A stretch of 64,000 nt of DNA from Bryobacterales bacterium (lineage in GTDB: Bacteria; Acidobacteriota; Terriglobia; Bryobacterales; UBA6623), in the NCBI GenBank assembly GCA_963422375.2, contig CAXXKD010000001.1, forward strand, positions 384,001 through 448,000, written 5' to 3'. The position numbers were made by a program, and so were the translations under genes. This document shows positions 53,469 to 63,410 of the stretch, piece after piece; position 1 is the stretch's first letter; each line of letters opens with the position of its first letter. The notes under the pieces were generated by a model, which made no database searches, was not told where the DNA came from, and worked only from the letters and a program-made list of their open reading frames with translations.

Positions 53469-53764
53469 CTGCGAGCCTCGGTAAACGCATTGTAGGGAAC
53501 GCACAACGTGGGCTGGCACTAACCAGCTTGACTCTCTGACAGCCGTCCTCCCCGTCGAGCCCTCGGAAGTGGAGCTGTCACAATGGGCCTACTTCTCCAT
53601 CGGACTTGGCCGCCGCGCATGTGGTCGCGCAGCACGGACTGGATCCGCAGTAGCATACTGAAGCACGTCCAAGTATCGTCGGGGATGTTTCTGCGGAGTG
53701 GCGGGTACTACTCCCGATGGAAAGACCTCTGCCGACCACCCCGTCTTGGCCTAGCATACAGTTA

Positions 53765-54816
53765 CCTGATTACCCACACGACTCAGCAAGGTTAGGAGGC
53801 GGCAAGGCATGGGCGGGGTGCGCACCGGAGGCGTGGAGCAGGCGGGGGACCAGCGCCTGCAGATCGTAGCGGCGGTTGAGGTGGTTGAAGCGGTAGCAGA
53901 ACTCGGCGAGGTACCGCGGCAGGTGCTTGCCGTCGAGCGCATGGCAGGTTCCCGCCAGGGACTGCTTGACGTTCGCCGGCATCGTGTCGACCCGGACGAA
54001 GCGGGAATCCCCGCAGCTCCGCTGCCCGCCTGCGGTGACGGCCGGCACGTGCTCGCAGCCGGCGCCGGCCACGCCCCGCAAGCAGGCCGGGCCGTCGGCA
54101 TGCACCTCCGTGCCGGGCTGCAAGTGCCGCCCGGCCCACGCTGCCAGCGTCTTCTTGCGGAAGCCCGCCACGCTGCTCATGCGCATCCTTGCCGGCTTGC
54201 CGTCGGCGGTGACCTGGTTGACCTGCACGGCGGCGACGAACGGCGTCTTGCCCGCCGCGCCGCGACCGCGCTTGCCGGCCGGTCCGCTCCCCGCCCCAGT
54301 AGGCGTCGTCCACCTGCACGATGCCGCCCAGCGGCACGCGCTCGTCGCGCTCCTTCAGCACTTGCAGAAGCTTGTGCTTCACCCTCCAAGCCGTGTTCCG
54401 GCTCACGCCCAGCTGCCGCGCCAGTTCCAGCGACGAAACGCCGTGCTGGCCCGGCGTCAGCAGGTGGATCGCTAGGAACCGGACGGTCAGCGGCAGCTGG
54501 GTGGCGGCGCAGATCGTGCCGGCGACCAGGGAGGTCCGGCGGTGGCAGGCATGGCACTGCCAGAGCTTGCGGGAGCGGATGCGGCAGTGCCGTCGGGAGC
54601 CGCACTCCGGGCAGCGGAAGCCGTCCGGCCAGCGGGCGTTGAAAACGGCGTGCTCGCATGGCCTCTCGCTGCCGTAGCGCTGCAGGAACTTGCCCGGGCT
54701 GAGTCCCTTCTGGAATTGCACGCGATTGCGTTTCATCCGCTAGCCCCCTTCCTATCAGAGATTTCCGACCTCCTCCAGTATAGCATATCCTCGGCTGACG
54801 TTCGTTGGTAATCAGG
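53765..54816 (-). mobile_element. IS1595 type A, copy 3 (frameshifted)
   Basis: Same TIRs; two 9-bp duplications and frameshifts; no TSD. Confidence 0.9.
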
Positions 54817-56310
54817 AAAGACTTTTGCGCCCCTCAGTAGATGCGCCAGCGCAGGCGATACAAGACGAGGATGCGCTCCGCGTCCGCACCGGCACGCTCG
54901 TCAGCAGGAACCATTCCAGGGGCTCGGCGCCGTCCGGGGCCGCGCTTCCCGCACGTGCATCATGCTCGGGCGAATCGGCTCGCTCCCGCGCTCGGGTCCC
55001 TCGGCCGGCGCCGGCAGCGGGACCGTCTGCCAGCGCAGCGCCACCTCGGCCGCGCGCGCCGGGCGCAACTCGCTCGCCGCCTGGCGCCGCGTGCCGCCGC
55101 CTGCCGCGCCGGGCCAAGCTGCGCGGGACGTGCAGCGCCAAGCGCGCCTGGGCGGGTGCCGCGCGCAGGCGGTCGAAGAGCTTCGGCCGGTCCTTGCCGA
55201 GACTGCGGTTGTGCCCGGCCCGCACCAGCAGGTCGATCCCGTCCAGCCGCCGGCGCTCGGCGAACAGCTCGAACACGTCCGCCTCGCGGTCCATGACGGC
55301 GACCGGCCGGGTCCCTCGCAGCTGCCCGGCCAGCTCGGCCGTGTCCCGCAGCCCGCGCACCCAGCGCTGCGTCATGCGCAGCTCGGCCGGCTTGCGCTTC
55401 CCGGCCCGGCCGTCCGGGGCCTCGAACTGGATCAGCGGCACGCCCAGCGCGATGCCGTCGCCGTTGACGGCCGGCGTCGAGTGCATGTGCAGGCCGAGGG
55501 TGCCCTTGGAACGGCTGTTCCTGCCGATCAGCCCCGGGCCGACGCAGCCCGGCCGCTCGGCGAAATTGAGGTCGCTGCCGTCCTGGATGCACAGCACGAC
55601 GGCCTGGCCGTCCATGCGCTCCAGCATGCGCGCAGTGAGGGGCGAGGATGCTGGCGGGCGTGACGGCGGCCTCGGCCGGCTGGTCGATCATGCGGTAGCA
55701 GGCTTTCATCAGGGCGCGGTCGGACCGGGCTGCGGAGACGAACGAGGCCCGCGGCGCGTCGGCCATGGCGGCCGCGCATTGCACCAGGCGGCGGCTCCAG
55801 CGTACATCTCCCAGCGGAGCGCCGCCGAACTCGCGCCGGTCGGGGCGCAGCGCCCGCGACCGGCGGTCCGGCCGACATGGATCCAGTTGGCGGCCTTGAA
55901 GCTGGTGCCGGCATGGCGGCGGCGGTCGACGAGGGTCTCCGCGAGCAGGGGCTCGTCGCCGTAGCGCTGCCGGAAGTTGGCGGGGAGGCAGTGCCGCGGG
56001 GATGCTCGCGGGCGATCAGCTCGGTCCGGCGGCTGCGGTCGTCGGTGACGAGTTCGAGGCGCCGACGCGATGCCGGCACGGACCGCGGGACCTCGACGGG
56101 GTGGCCGAGCCGTCGCGGGCGGCTGTGCCCGCCGTGGCGGACGGGCGGTGGGAGAGCGATACTGTCGCCGGCGTGGAGGGTCCGCAAGGCCTTCAGGCAG
56201 GTGACCGGCTGGGGGTTTCCGCGAGCGTCGTGGAAGCGGAAGTCGGCGCACACGTACGCGGCGAGCGCGGTGCGGTGGGGGAAGGTCTCCGTGTCCAGCA
56301 GCGCTCGCAG
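54817..56310 (-). pseudogene. IS4 family (Tn5/IS50-like) transposase with DUF4338-like N-terminal region
   Basis: LCIQDGSDLNF, GLHMHS, VMDREADVFE, PLEWFLLT; upstream RYGDEPLLAETLVD...FKAANWIHVGRTAGRGR. Confidence 0.8.
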
Positions 56311-56937
56311 GCGGAAATCGCCCACGCGGCGGCGCGCACCAAGGACACGCAGTTCGGCCCGCGCAAGCGCGCCCTGGCCGCGCGGCGGGGCACGGGCCGC
56401 GCGGCGGGGCACGGGGCGCGCGGCGGGGCACGGGGCGCGCGGCGGGGCACGGGGCGCGTGGCGGTGGCACTGGGGCACGAGATCCTGCGCATCGCGTTCG
56501 CGATGCTGCGCGACGGCGTGCCCTACCGCGATCCGGTCATCGACCCGGAAGCGCTGACGGCGCGCGAGAACCTGTCCCGCTGGCTGCGGATGGTGCGCAA
56601 GGCGCAGCTGCTGCCGGAGGTGGCGCGGCGCGTGCAGGCGGAGCTGCTGCGCCAGAAGGCCGCGCGCGAGAAGCGGCGGCTGGCCGAGTCCGCTCCGGCC
56701 CTAGAGCCGGGGTCCGGAGCGGCTGAGCGGCCGGCACTCGCCTCGGACGGGACCGGCCCGGGTGCCCGGTCACTCGGCGCGAGCGAAGGGGAAGCCCGCG
56801 CGAACGGCGCCCCATGCCGGTCCCTGACGTCAATTCAACCACCGGGCCGTCGAAACGTGTCGCTGGGGCGGAACCGTGGGGGTGTGTCTCCAAGACCTAT
56901 AGCATTCGGAGGAATCCTAGCACTTCAGGTCGAATGA
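56311..56937 (+). pseudogene. IS110 family recombinase C-terminal fragment
   Basis: EIAHAAARTKDTQF...AARRG...VAVALGHEILRIAFAMLRDGVPYRDP. Confidence 0.7.
56379..56454. repeat. 19-bp GC-rich tandem repeat CGCGCGGCGGGGCACGGGG x4
   Basis: Read directly; one mismatch in unit 1. Confidence 0.9.
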
Positions 56938-57128
56938 GACGGGAATCCGGAGTTCTTCGGCCCGTACGCCTTGCCGACACCCACGGACCGTACCGGATAA
57001 TGCGGTCCGTTAGGGTCAATACTTAGGGAATTACTAGAACACTACTAGAGGCAAGAAAATACACGAAGCGAATCCGCCCAATCGCCTGTGGCCAGCCCCA
57101 ATGTGGGTGGGTCTTGTCACAAGCGCTA
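56880..57128 (+). mobile_element. MITE-like element (family 2), second copy
   Basis: Similar to 21741-21957; right TIR GTCTTGTCACAAGCGCTA; left end uncertain. Confidence 0.6.
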
Positions 57129-57300
57129 CTTCTTCTCGAACCCGGGGCTGACCGCGCGCACCGTCTTTCTGCCCGGCGACAGGCCCAAGCAGAAGTTCAA
57201 GAAGAATATTCTCAATGGCACGAACGGCGGCCCGATCGCGAGGAATTTGACCTGCTTCCTCGGGTCGTTCGAGGGGGTTGCGCTCCGAGCGGTCCCTCGC
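57129..57300 (+). pseudogene. TonB-dependent receptor (Oar-like) internal fragment
   Basis: FFSNPGLTARTVF...KFKKNILNGTNGGPIARNLTCFLGSFEG resembles the conserved N..GG..GGPI....FF..YEG segment. Confidence 0.5.
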
Positions 57301-57617
57301 GAACGCGGTCCGGACCTTCTCGACGTCTTTCGGGCCGCTCGCGGAGAGTCCGGGCGGGCGCTTGCCAGCGCATCCCGGATCGGACATAATGGGAACGGCG
57401 GGCCTTGGGCTTGCCCGTGGCAGCTTCCAACCTCGGTATGGGCTGGGGTGCTGCCGGGAATCGTCTAGGTCAGCGATGGCTTTGGGCGCGCTCGGAAACT
57501 ATGGATTGAGTCGGACCGGTCCTCGGCCGGGCCGACCTGCGGATTGCGAGGCGATTAGCGCAAGCTTCTGCGCCGACCAGTCCTGCCGTGCGGGCGCGGC
57601 GCGCCCTTGATGGATCG

Positions 57618-58526
57618 ATGCCCAAGGCCGTCAAGGAATTCGCTCGCAGCGTCGCGAAGAAGATCCGTCTGATCGAGATTCAGACCAGCAAGGCGGTCGA
57701 CGACGTCCTCGCCGGCGAGTACAGTAGCGTCTTCAAGGGCAGCGGCATCGAATTCGAGGAAGTCCGCGAGTACGCCCCCGGCGACGAGATTCGCAGCATC
57801 GACTGGAACGTCACCGCGCGCATGGGCAAGCCCTTCGTCAAGCGCTACGTCGAGGAGCGCGAGCTGACCGTCTGGCTGCTCGTGGATCTCTCGGCCTCCG
57901 GGGCGTTCGGGAGCCGCAGCGAGCTCAAGAACGAGGCGGCAGCCGAGTTCTGCGCGCTGCTCGCCTTCGCCGCCATCCGCAACAGCGACAAGGTCGGGCT
58001 GATCGTCTTCACGGAGCGGGTCGAGCTGGCGATCGCCCCGAGCAAGGGGCGCACGCACGTCCTGCGGCTGATTCGCGAGGTGCTGCGCTTCGCTCCGCGG
58101 GAGCGCGGGACCGATCTCGCTGCGGCCCTCGAGTACCTGGGCCGGGTCACGCACAAGCGCGGCGTCGTCTTCCTCGTCTCCGATTTCCTCACCGCCGCCC
58201 CGCTGGAGCGGGAGAGCGGCAAGCAGCTGCGCGTCCTCGCGCGCCGGCATGACCTGATCGCCGTGACGGTCGGCGACCGGCGCGAGCTCGAGCTGCCGGA
58301 CGTGGGACTCATCGAACTGGAGGACGCCGAGACCGGTCGGTGCGTCCTCGTGGACACCTCGAGCAAGCGCGTGCGCCGGGAGTACGCGGCCGACGCGCGC
58401 CGGCGGGGCGAGCGCAGACGGGACTTCTTTCGCGCCACGGGCATCGACGAGGTCGCGATCATGACCGGCCAGGACTACGTGCGCGACCTCCTGCGGCTGT
58501 TCCGGAAGCGCGGCAGGAGGCGATGA
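57618..58526 (+). CDS. DUF58 domain protein (MoxR/Bat operon)
   Basis: SVFKGSGIEFEEVREYAPGDEIRSIDWNVTAR, YVEERELTV, VDLSAS, LVSDF. Confidence 0.93.
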   Translation: MPKAVKEFARSVAKKIRLIEIQTSKAVDDVLAGEYSSVFKGSGIEFEEVREYAPGDEIRSIDWNVTARMGKPFVKRYVEERELTVWLLVDLSASGAFGSRSELKNEAAAEFCALLAFAAIRNSDKVGLIVFTERVELAIAPSKGRTHVLRLIREVLRFAPRERGTDLAAALEYLGRVTHKRGVVFLVSDFLTAAPLERESGKQLRVLARRHDLIAVTVGDRRELELPDVGLIELEDAETGRCVLVDTSSKRVRREYAADARRRGERRRDFFRATGIDEVAIMTGQDYVRDLLRLFRKRGRRR

Positions 58527-59515
58527 CGACTCCGGCCGGTCGACGGACGCGCCGGGCCGGCGCGGCGCTGGCGCTGGCCGCGGCGCTCTGCTCGTGCGAC
58601 GCTGCCGGCACCGGACCCACGCCTGCCGAGCCGGCGGTCGTCCAGCGCGTCGAGAGCGAAGGCGCCCGCTTGGAACTGTCCCTGGACCGGGACGCGCTCT
58701 CGATCGCCGACAGCGCCGTGCTCCGGCTCGCGGTCGAGAGCGCCGAGGCCGACAGGGTGGAGTTCCCGGAATCCGAGGACGGCTTCGGGGACTTCGCGGT
58801 GACCCGCGACGAGCCCGTCGCGGAGCGCCTGCTGGAGGGAGGCGCCGTGGCGCGCGGGCGCGAGTATGCCCTGCAGCCCTTCCTGCCCGGCGAGTACGAG
58901 CTTCCCGCGCTGACGGTGCTCGTGAACGGCTCGCCGCGCCTCGTCAGCGATCCGATCCCGGTCACCGTGGAGAGCGTGCTGGAGGATCCGGAGGCCGCGG
59001 AGCTGGAGGACATTGCCGGCCCCGTCGACGTGCCTGTCCCTTGGTGGTGGTGGGCGGTCGCGGCGCTCGTGGCAGCCGCCCTGGCGGCGGCGGGGGCGTA
59101 CTGGCGCAAGCGTCGCAAGGCGGCCCTGTCGGCATCGCGGGTGGTGCCGCCCCACGAGGCGGCGCTGGCCGCCTTGGACGCCCTCCTCGGGCGCGGGCTG
59201 CCCGGCCCCGACGAGGTCAAGCGCTTCTACATGCGCCTCTCCGACATCGTCCGGCGCTACGTCGAGGAGCGGTTCGGGCTGCGCGCCCCCGAGCAGACGA
59301 CCGAGGAGTTCCTCGCCGCGATGGCCGCGAGCCCCGCTGTCGGCCGCGAGCACCAGCGGCTGCTGCGCTCCTTCCTCGAGCAGGCCGACATGGTGAAGTT
59401 CGCCAAGTTCACCCCGGGCAGGGACGAAGCCGAAGATGCCGTCGATGCCGCCAGGCGCTTCGTCCGGCAGACCGCGCCAGACGAGCTGCTCGCTCCCGGG
59501 GGTCGGCCCGCATAG
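58523..59515 (+). CDS. Bat-operon membrane-anchored protein (BatD/DUF4381-like), possible lipoprotein
   Basis: LCSC lipobox-like, TM helix, LSDIVRRYVEERFG, EQTTEEF, ADMVKFAK; ATGA coupling. Confidence 0.75.
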   Translation: MTTPAGRRTRRAGAALALAAALCSCDAAGTGPTPAEPAVVQRVESEGARLELSLDRDALSIADSAVLRLAVESAEADRVEFPESEDGFGDFAVTRDEPVAERLLEGGAVARGREYALQPFLPGEYELPALTVLVNGSPRLVSDPIPVTVESVLEDPEAAELEDIAGPVDVPVPWWWWAVAALVAAALAAAGAYWRKRRKAALSASRVVPPHEAALAALDALLGRGLPGPDEVKRFYMRLSDIVRRYVEERFGLRAPEQTTEEFLAAMAASPAVGREHQRLLRSFLEQADMVKFAKFTPGRDEAEDAVDAARRFVRQTAPDELLAPGGRPA

Positions 59516-59533
59516 GCCGGGCCCGGCCGGGCT

Positions 59534-61075
59534 CTACAGCAACCGCTTCAGGATCTTGCCGGCGGGTGACCGGGGGATGGATTCGACGAATTCCACCTGG
59601 CGCACCTGCTTGTAGCCCGCGACCTGCGACCTGACGTGCCCTTGGATCGCATCGGCGCTGAGGGAGCGCCCGGGGTGCAGGGCGACGAAGGCCTTCGGGC
59701 ACTCCGAAGCCGCCTCGTCGGGGATGCCGACGACCGCGGCGTCGCGGACCTCCGGGAGCTCCAGGATCACCGATTCCAGCTCGGCGGGCAGGACCTGGAA
59801 GCCCTTGTACTTGATCATCTCCCTCTTGCGGTCGACCAGATGCAACCGCCCTATCTCGTCGATCCGGCCGATATCGCCGGTGAAGAACCAGCCGTGGCGG
59901 AACGCCCTGGCGTTCTCCTCGGGGGCCTCGTGGTAGCCCCGCATGATGTTCGGTCCCCGCAGCGCGAGTTCCCCGGTCTCGCCGGGGGCCAGCTGGCGCG
60001 AGCCCTCCTCCGGATCGAAGATCGCCGCCTCGAGGCCGTCCACTGGGACGCCCGCGGTCTCTGCGATGTCCCACGGGGCGTTCGCGGGGTTGGTTGTCGC
60101 GATGCCGGCCGTCTCCGTCATGCCGTATCCCTGGCGCACCGCGACCCCAGTGGTCTCGACGAAGCGGCGGACGGCCGGCAGCGGCACGGGCGCCGCGCCG
60201 ACATTCACCCATCGCACCGACGAGAGGTCCCGCCGGCCCAGGTCATCCCGCGAGAGCATGCTCAGCAGCACCGGCGGCACCAGCGGCAGAGAGGTGATCC
60301 GCTCGCGCTCGATGGTGTCGAGGCAGTCGTCCATGTCGAACCGCGCGCGCAGGTGCATCGTGCTGCCGCTGGCGAGCAGGACGTTCATCACCACGTTGAA
60401 GCCGTAGATGTGGTATAGAGGCAGGAAGACGTACCAGCGGCCGTCGGCCTCGTACATCGAGTGCCGCGTGAAGAGCAGCTGCCGGATGGCGGCGACCAGG
60501 TTCGACTGCGTTAGCTCGATCCCCTTCGAGAGGCCGGTCGTCCCGCTCGAGTACGGCAGGAAGGCGGTGTCGCTCTCGCGGTCGGACGGCACATCCGGGT
60601 CGGAGTCCTCCGCCGACGCCCAGAAGCCCGGCTCCAGCTCGATCAAGCGGCAGGCCGGAATCCGGTCGCGGCATTGCAGCAGCCGCGGCATCAGGCTGCG
60701 CTCGGCGAACACGACCGATGCCCCGGAGTTGGTGATCTGATGCACCAGTTCGCGCTGCTTGTAGCTCGAATTGAACGGGGTGAAGACGGCGCCGCTCGCG
60801 AGGATGCCGTATCCCGCCGTGACGAAGTCGAACGAATTCGGGCTGAACACGCCGACCACGGACCCCGTGCCCCAGCCCCGTGCCAGGAGGGCGTTGGCGA
60901 AGCGGCTGGCGCGCCGCCAGTTCTCGGCAAAGGTGAGGATTCTCCGTTGGCCGTCGACGATGAAGGGCCTGTCGCCGTAGGCGGCCGCCGCGTCGCGCAC
61001 GATGGACGGGACCGTGGCCGCGCGGGAGGCGATCCTCTCCAAGGCGGGATGCGGTGGCTGGCCTTGCTGGGGCAA
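59534..61075 (-). CDS. AMP-binding acyl-CoA synthetase (4-coumarate-CoA ligase-like)
   Basis: YSSGTTGLSKG, QGYGMTE, TGDIG, VDRKREMIKYKGFQV, GKIL. Confidence 0.92.
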   Translation of the reverse strand: MPQQGQPPHPALERIASRAATVPSIVRDAAAAYGDRPFIVDGQRRILTFAENWRRASRFANALLARGWGTGSVVGVFSPNSFDFVTAGYGILASGAVFTPFNSSYKQRELVHQITNSGASVVFAERSLMPRLLQCRDRIPACRLIELEPGFWASAEDSDPDVPSDRESDTAFLPYSSGTTGLSKGIELTQSNLVAAIRQLLFTRHSMYEADGRWYVFLPLYHIYGFNVVMNVLLASGSTMHLRARFDMDDCLDTIERERITSLPLVPPVLLSMLSRDDLGRRDLSSVRWVNVGAAPVPLPAVRRFVETTGVAVRQGYGMTETAGIATTNPANAPWDIAETAGVPVDGLEAAIFDPEEGSRQLAPGETGELALRGPNIMRGYHEAPEENARAFRHGWFFTGDIGRIDEIGRLHLVDRKREMIKYKGFQVLPAELESVILELPEVRDAAVVGIPDEAASECPKAFVALHPGRSLSADAIQGHVRSQVAGYKQVRQVEFVESIPRSPAGKILKRLL

Positions 61076-61175
61076 AGGGAATCCTACCGCAGGTCGGCGG
61101 GCCTGCGACGGAGCGCCCAGCCGGGGATCGTCGCGCCGACGGACCTGGTCGGCCTCGGCTCGCGGAGCGTCGAGC

Positions 61176-62114
61176 TCAGGCGGCGGCGCGGCCGCGGTCG
61201 GCGCCCGGCGGGGGATCTTGGCCGAGGAAGACCTCGAGCCGCGCCAGCCAGGCGCCGAACCATTCTCGGAAGGCCGCTCTCGATCGCTCCTGCTCGGGGC
61301 CCAGCGGGAAGGGCAGCGACGGCCGGCACGCGTTCCTCCATTCCGCGATCCACTTGAGTGCCCACGGATAGGGGAACGAGGCGAACCGATCGAGGAACTC
61401 CCGGTTGAAGGCGGCAGCCTCGGAGAACGCCCGGTCGTCCCCGAACGTGTCGAACAGGGCCGCGCTCAACTCGGGCACGACGCCGGCCGGACCGGAAATC
61501 GCGCCGTCGAGCAGGCCCTCCCGGATGGAGTCGGGCAAGCGGGCGTCGTGCCCTTGGATACGCGTGCAGTCCGTGCCGTCGAAGGTCAGCCTGCGCAGGA
61601 TGCCCAGCTCCCCGCTCGAGTCCTTGATGCCGACGATGTGCGCTTCCGAGTCCAGCAGCTCGGCGGCCACGGCCTCGCCGATGGGGCTCACGAAGCCGGC
61701 GAGATTGTACAGCAGCACGGGGCCGGCAATGGCCCGGGCCGCTTCCCGGAAGTATTGCAGCAGCTCCGCGTCCCCGTACCGGTAGAAGTGCGGCGGGGGC
61801 AGGAGCACGGCCGCCGCTCCGGCCTGCAGGGCGTGCCGGGCCAGATCGACCGAATCCGACAGCGAGGCGGATCCGACGCCGGCGACCAGCGTCCCGCGGC
61901 CCCGGACCGCGGGAGCCAGCAGCTCCACGATCTCCTTGCGCTGTTCAACGGAGATGTCGAAGTACTCGCCGGTGCCTCCGCACGGCACGACTCCGCTGGC
62001 GCCCCGCGAGAGGGCGAAGTCGGCCGCGCTCAGCAGGCCGTCGCGGTCCAGCTGCCCCGAGGGCGAGCGAGGCGTCAGAAGGGCTGCCATCAGGCCGCGA
62101 ATGTTGGACGGCAT
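61176..62114 (-). CDS. Dihydrodipicolinate synthase family aldolase
   Basis: CGGTGEY, LPPPHFY, LLYN, GIKDSSG. Confidence 0.88.
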   Translation of the reverse strand: MPSNIRGLMAALLTPRSPSGQLDRDGLLSAADFALSRGASGVVPCGGTGEYFDISVEQRKEIVELLAPAVRGRGTLVAGVGSASLSDSVDLARHALQAGAAAVLLPPPHFYRYGDAELLQYFREAARAIAGPVLLYNLAGFVSPIGEAVAAELLDSEAHIVGIKDSSGELGILRRLTFDGTDCTRIQGHDARLPDSIREGLLDGAISGPAGVVPELSAALFDTFGDDRAFSEAAAFNREFLDRFASFPYPWALKWIAEWRNACRPSLPFPLGPEQERSRAAFREWFGAWLARLEVFLGQDPPPGADRGRAAA

Positions 62115-62168
62115 GCAGGGAGATTCTATCCGATGACGCTAGAATCAAGGTTCCGAGGGCCAATCGCG

Positions 62169-63404
62169 ATGAAACCGAGCCGCAGGGACTGGCTGCGAGC
62201 TGGCCTGCACGCCGCCGTGGCCCCTACCGTGATGATTCCGCGAGCACGCGCTTACGACATTCAAGAGATCGAAGCGAGGCTCGCGTCCGCTAGGGCTATC
62301 GACGGCGTGACCAAGCAGGACCTGCCGACTCCCTGCCTGATGCTGGATCTCGACGCGTTCGAGGGCAACGTCCGTGGCATGGCCGAGCACGCGAGGGCCG
62401 CGGGCCTGGACCTGCGGCCCCACGCCAAGACCCACAAGTGCTCCGAGATCGCCAAGAGGCAGGTCGGAGCGGGTGCCTTGGGTGTCTGCGTGGCGACGAT
62501 TCGCGAGGCCGAGGCGATGGCCGCGGCGGGCATCGGCGGGCTGCTGCTGACGTCCGAGTCCGTGGGGCCGAACAAGATCAGCCGCTTGCTGCGCCTGTGC
62601 CAGCGCAAGCCGGACACGATGGCTGTCGTGGACCACGCCGACAACGCCCGCGAGCTCGACGAGGCCGCGGGATCCGTCGGCGCGAAGCTCGACGTGATGG
62701 TGGACGTGGACCCGCTCGGGAGGCGCACCGGAGTCCCGCCGGGGAAGGGCGCCGTGGCCCTCGCGGAAACCGTGGACAGGCTGCCCAGCCTCCGGTTGAA
62801 GGGCGTCCACGGCTACTGCGGCGCCTCGTCGCACGTCCAGGGCTTCGGAGAGCGGAAGCGGCACTCCGAGCAGTACATGGGTCCCGTGCTGGAGACGTTC
62901 GCCGCGATGCGTCGCAAGGGACTGCCCGCGGAGATCATGTCGGGGGCGAGCACGGGCACCTACAACATCGATTCGGCGCTGGACGGCATGACCGAGCTGC
63001 AAGTGGGCTCCTACGCGCTCATGGATGTGGACTACCGCCGGATCGGCGGCCGGAGCGGCGCGGTCTACGACGACTTCGCCCCCGCTCTGCACGTGCTCGC
63101 GACCGTCATCAGCAAGAATCACGACGACATTGCCACCGTCGACGCCGGCCTGAAGGCGCTGGCCACGGACCGCGATTTCGGCCCCGACGTGGCGCGGCCA
63201 GGGGGCCTCGCATACGCCTACCGGGGCGACGAGCACGGTGCCTTGGATCTCGCGGACGCCCAGCGCGAGGTAGCGCTTGGCGACAAGGTCGAACTGGTGG
63301 TGCCGCATTGCGATCCGAACGTGAATCTGTACGACCGGATGTACTGCGTGCGCGGCGAGCAGGTGCGGCAGGTTTGGAAGATCGACGCCCGAGGCCATGT
63401 CTGA
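62169..63404 (+). CDS. DSD1/D-threonine aldolase family PLP enzyme, Tat-like signal
   Basis: SRRDWL, LPTPCL, LRPHAKTHK, ELQVGSY, DEHG, PHCDPNVNLYD. Confidence 0.9.
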   Translation: MKPSRRDWLRAGLHAAVAPTVMIPRARAYDIQEIEARLASARAIDGVTKQDLPTPCLMLDLDAFEGNVRGMAEHARAAGLDLRPHAKTHKCSEIAKRQVGAGALGVCVATIREAEAMAAAGIGGLLLTSESVGPNKISRLLRLCQRKPDTMAVVDHADNARELDEAAGSVGAKLDVMVDVDPLGRRTGVPPGKGAVALAETVDRLPSLRLKGVHGYCGASSHVQGFGERKRHSEQYMGPVLETFAAMRRKGLPAEIMSGASTGTYNIDSALDGMTELQVGSYALMDVDYRRIGGRSGAVYDDFAPALHVLATVISKNHDDIATVDAGLKALATDRDFGPDVARPGGLAYAYRGDEHGALDLADAQREVALGDKVELVVPHCDPNVNLYDRMYCVRGEQVRQVWKIDARGHV

Positions 63405-63410
63405 GAGACG

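Noticed and set aside
53469..53764. Possible CRISPR array or leader next to the CARF gene
   Set aside because: No repeated unit or spacer periodicity visible; no convincing ORF on the minus strand
61002..62168. 800-aa ORF as a fusion protein
   Set aside because: The first half is the antisense shadow of the DHDPS-family gene
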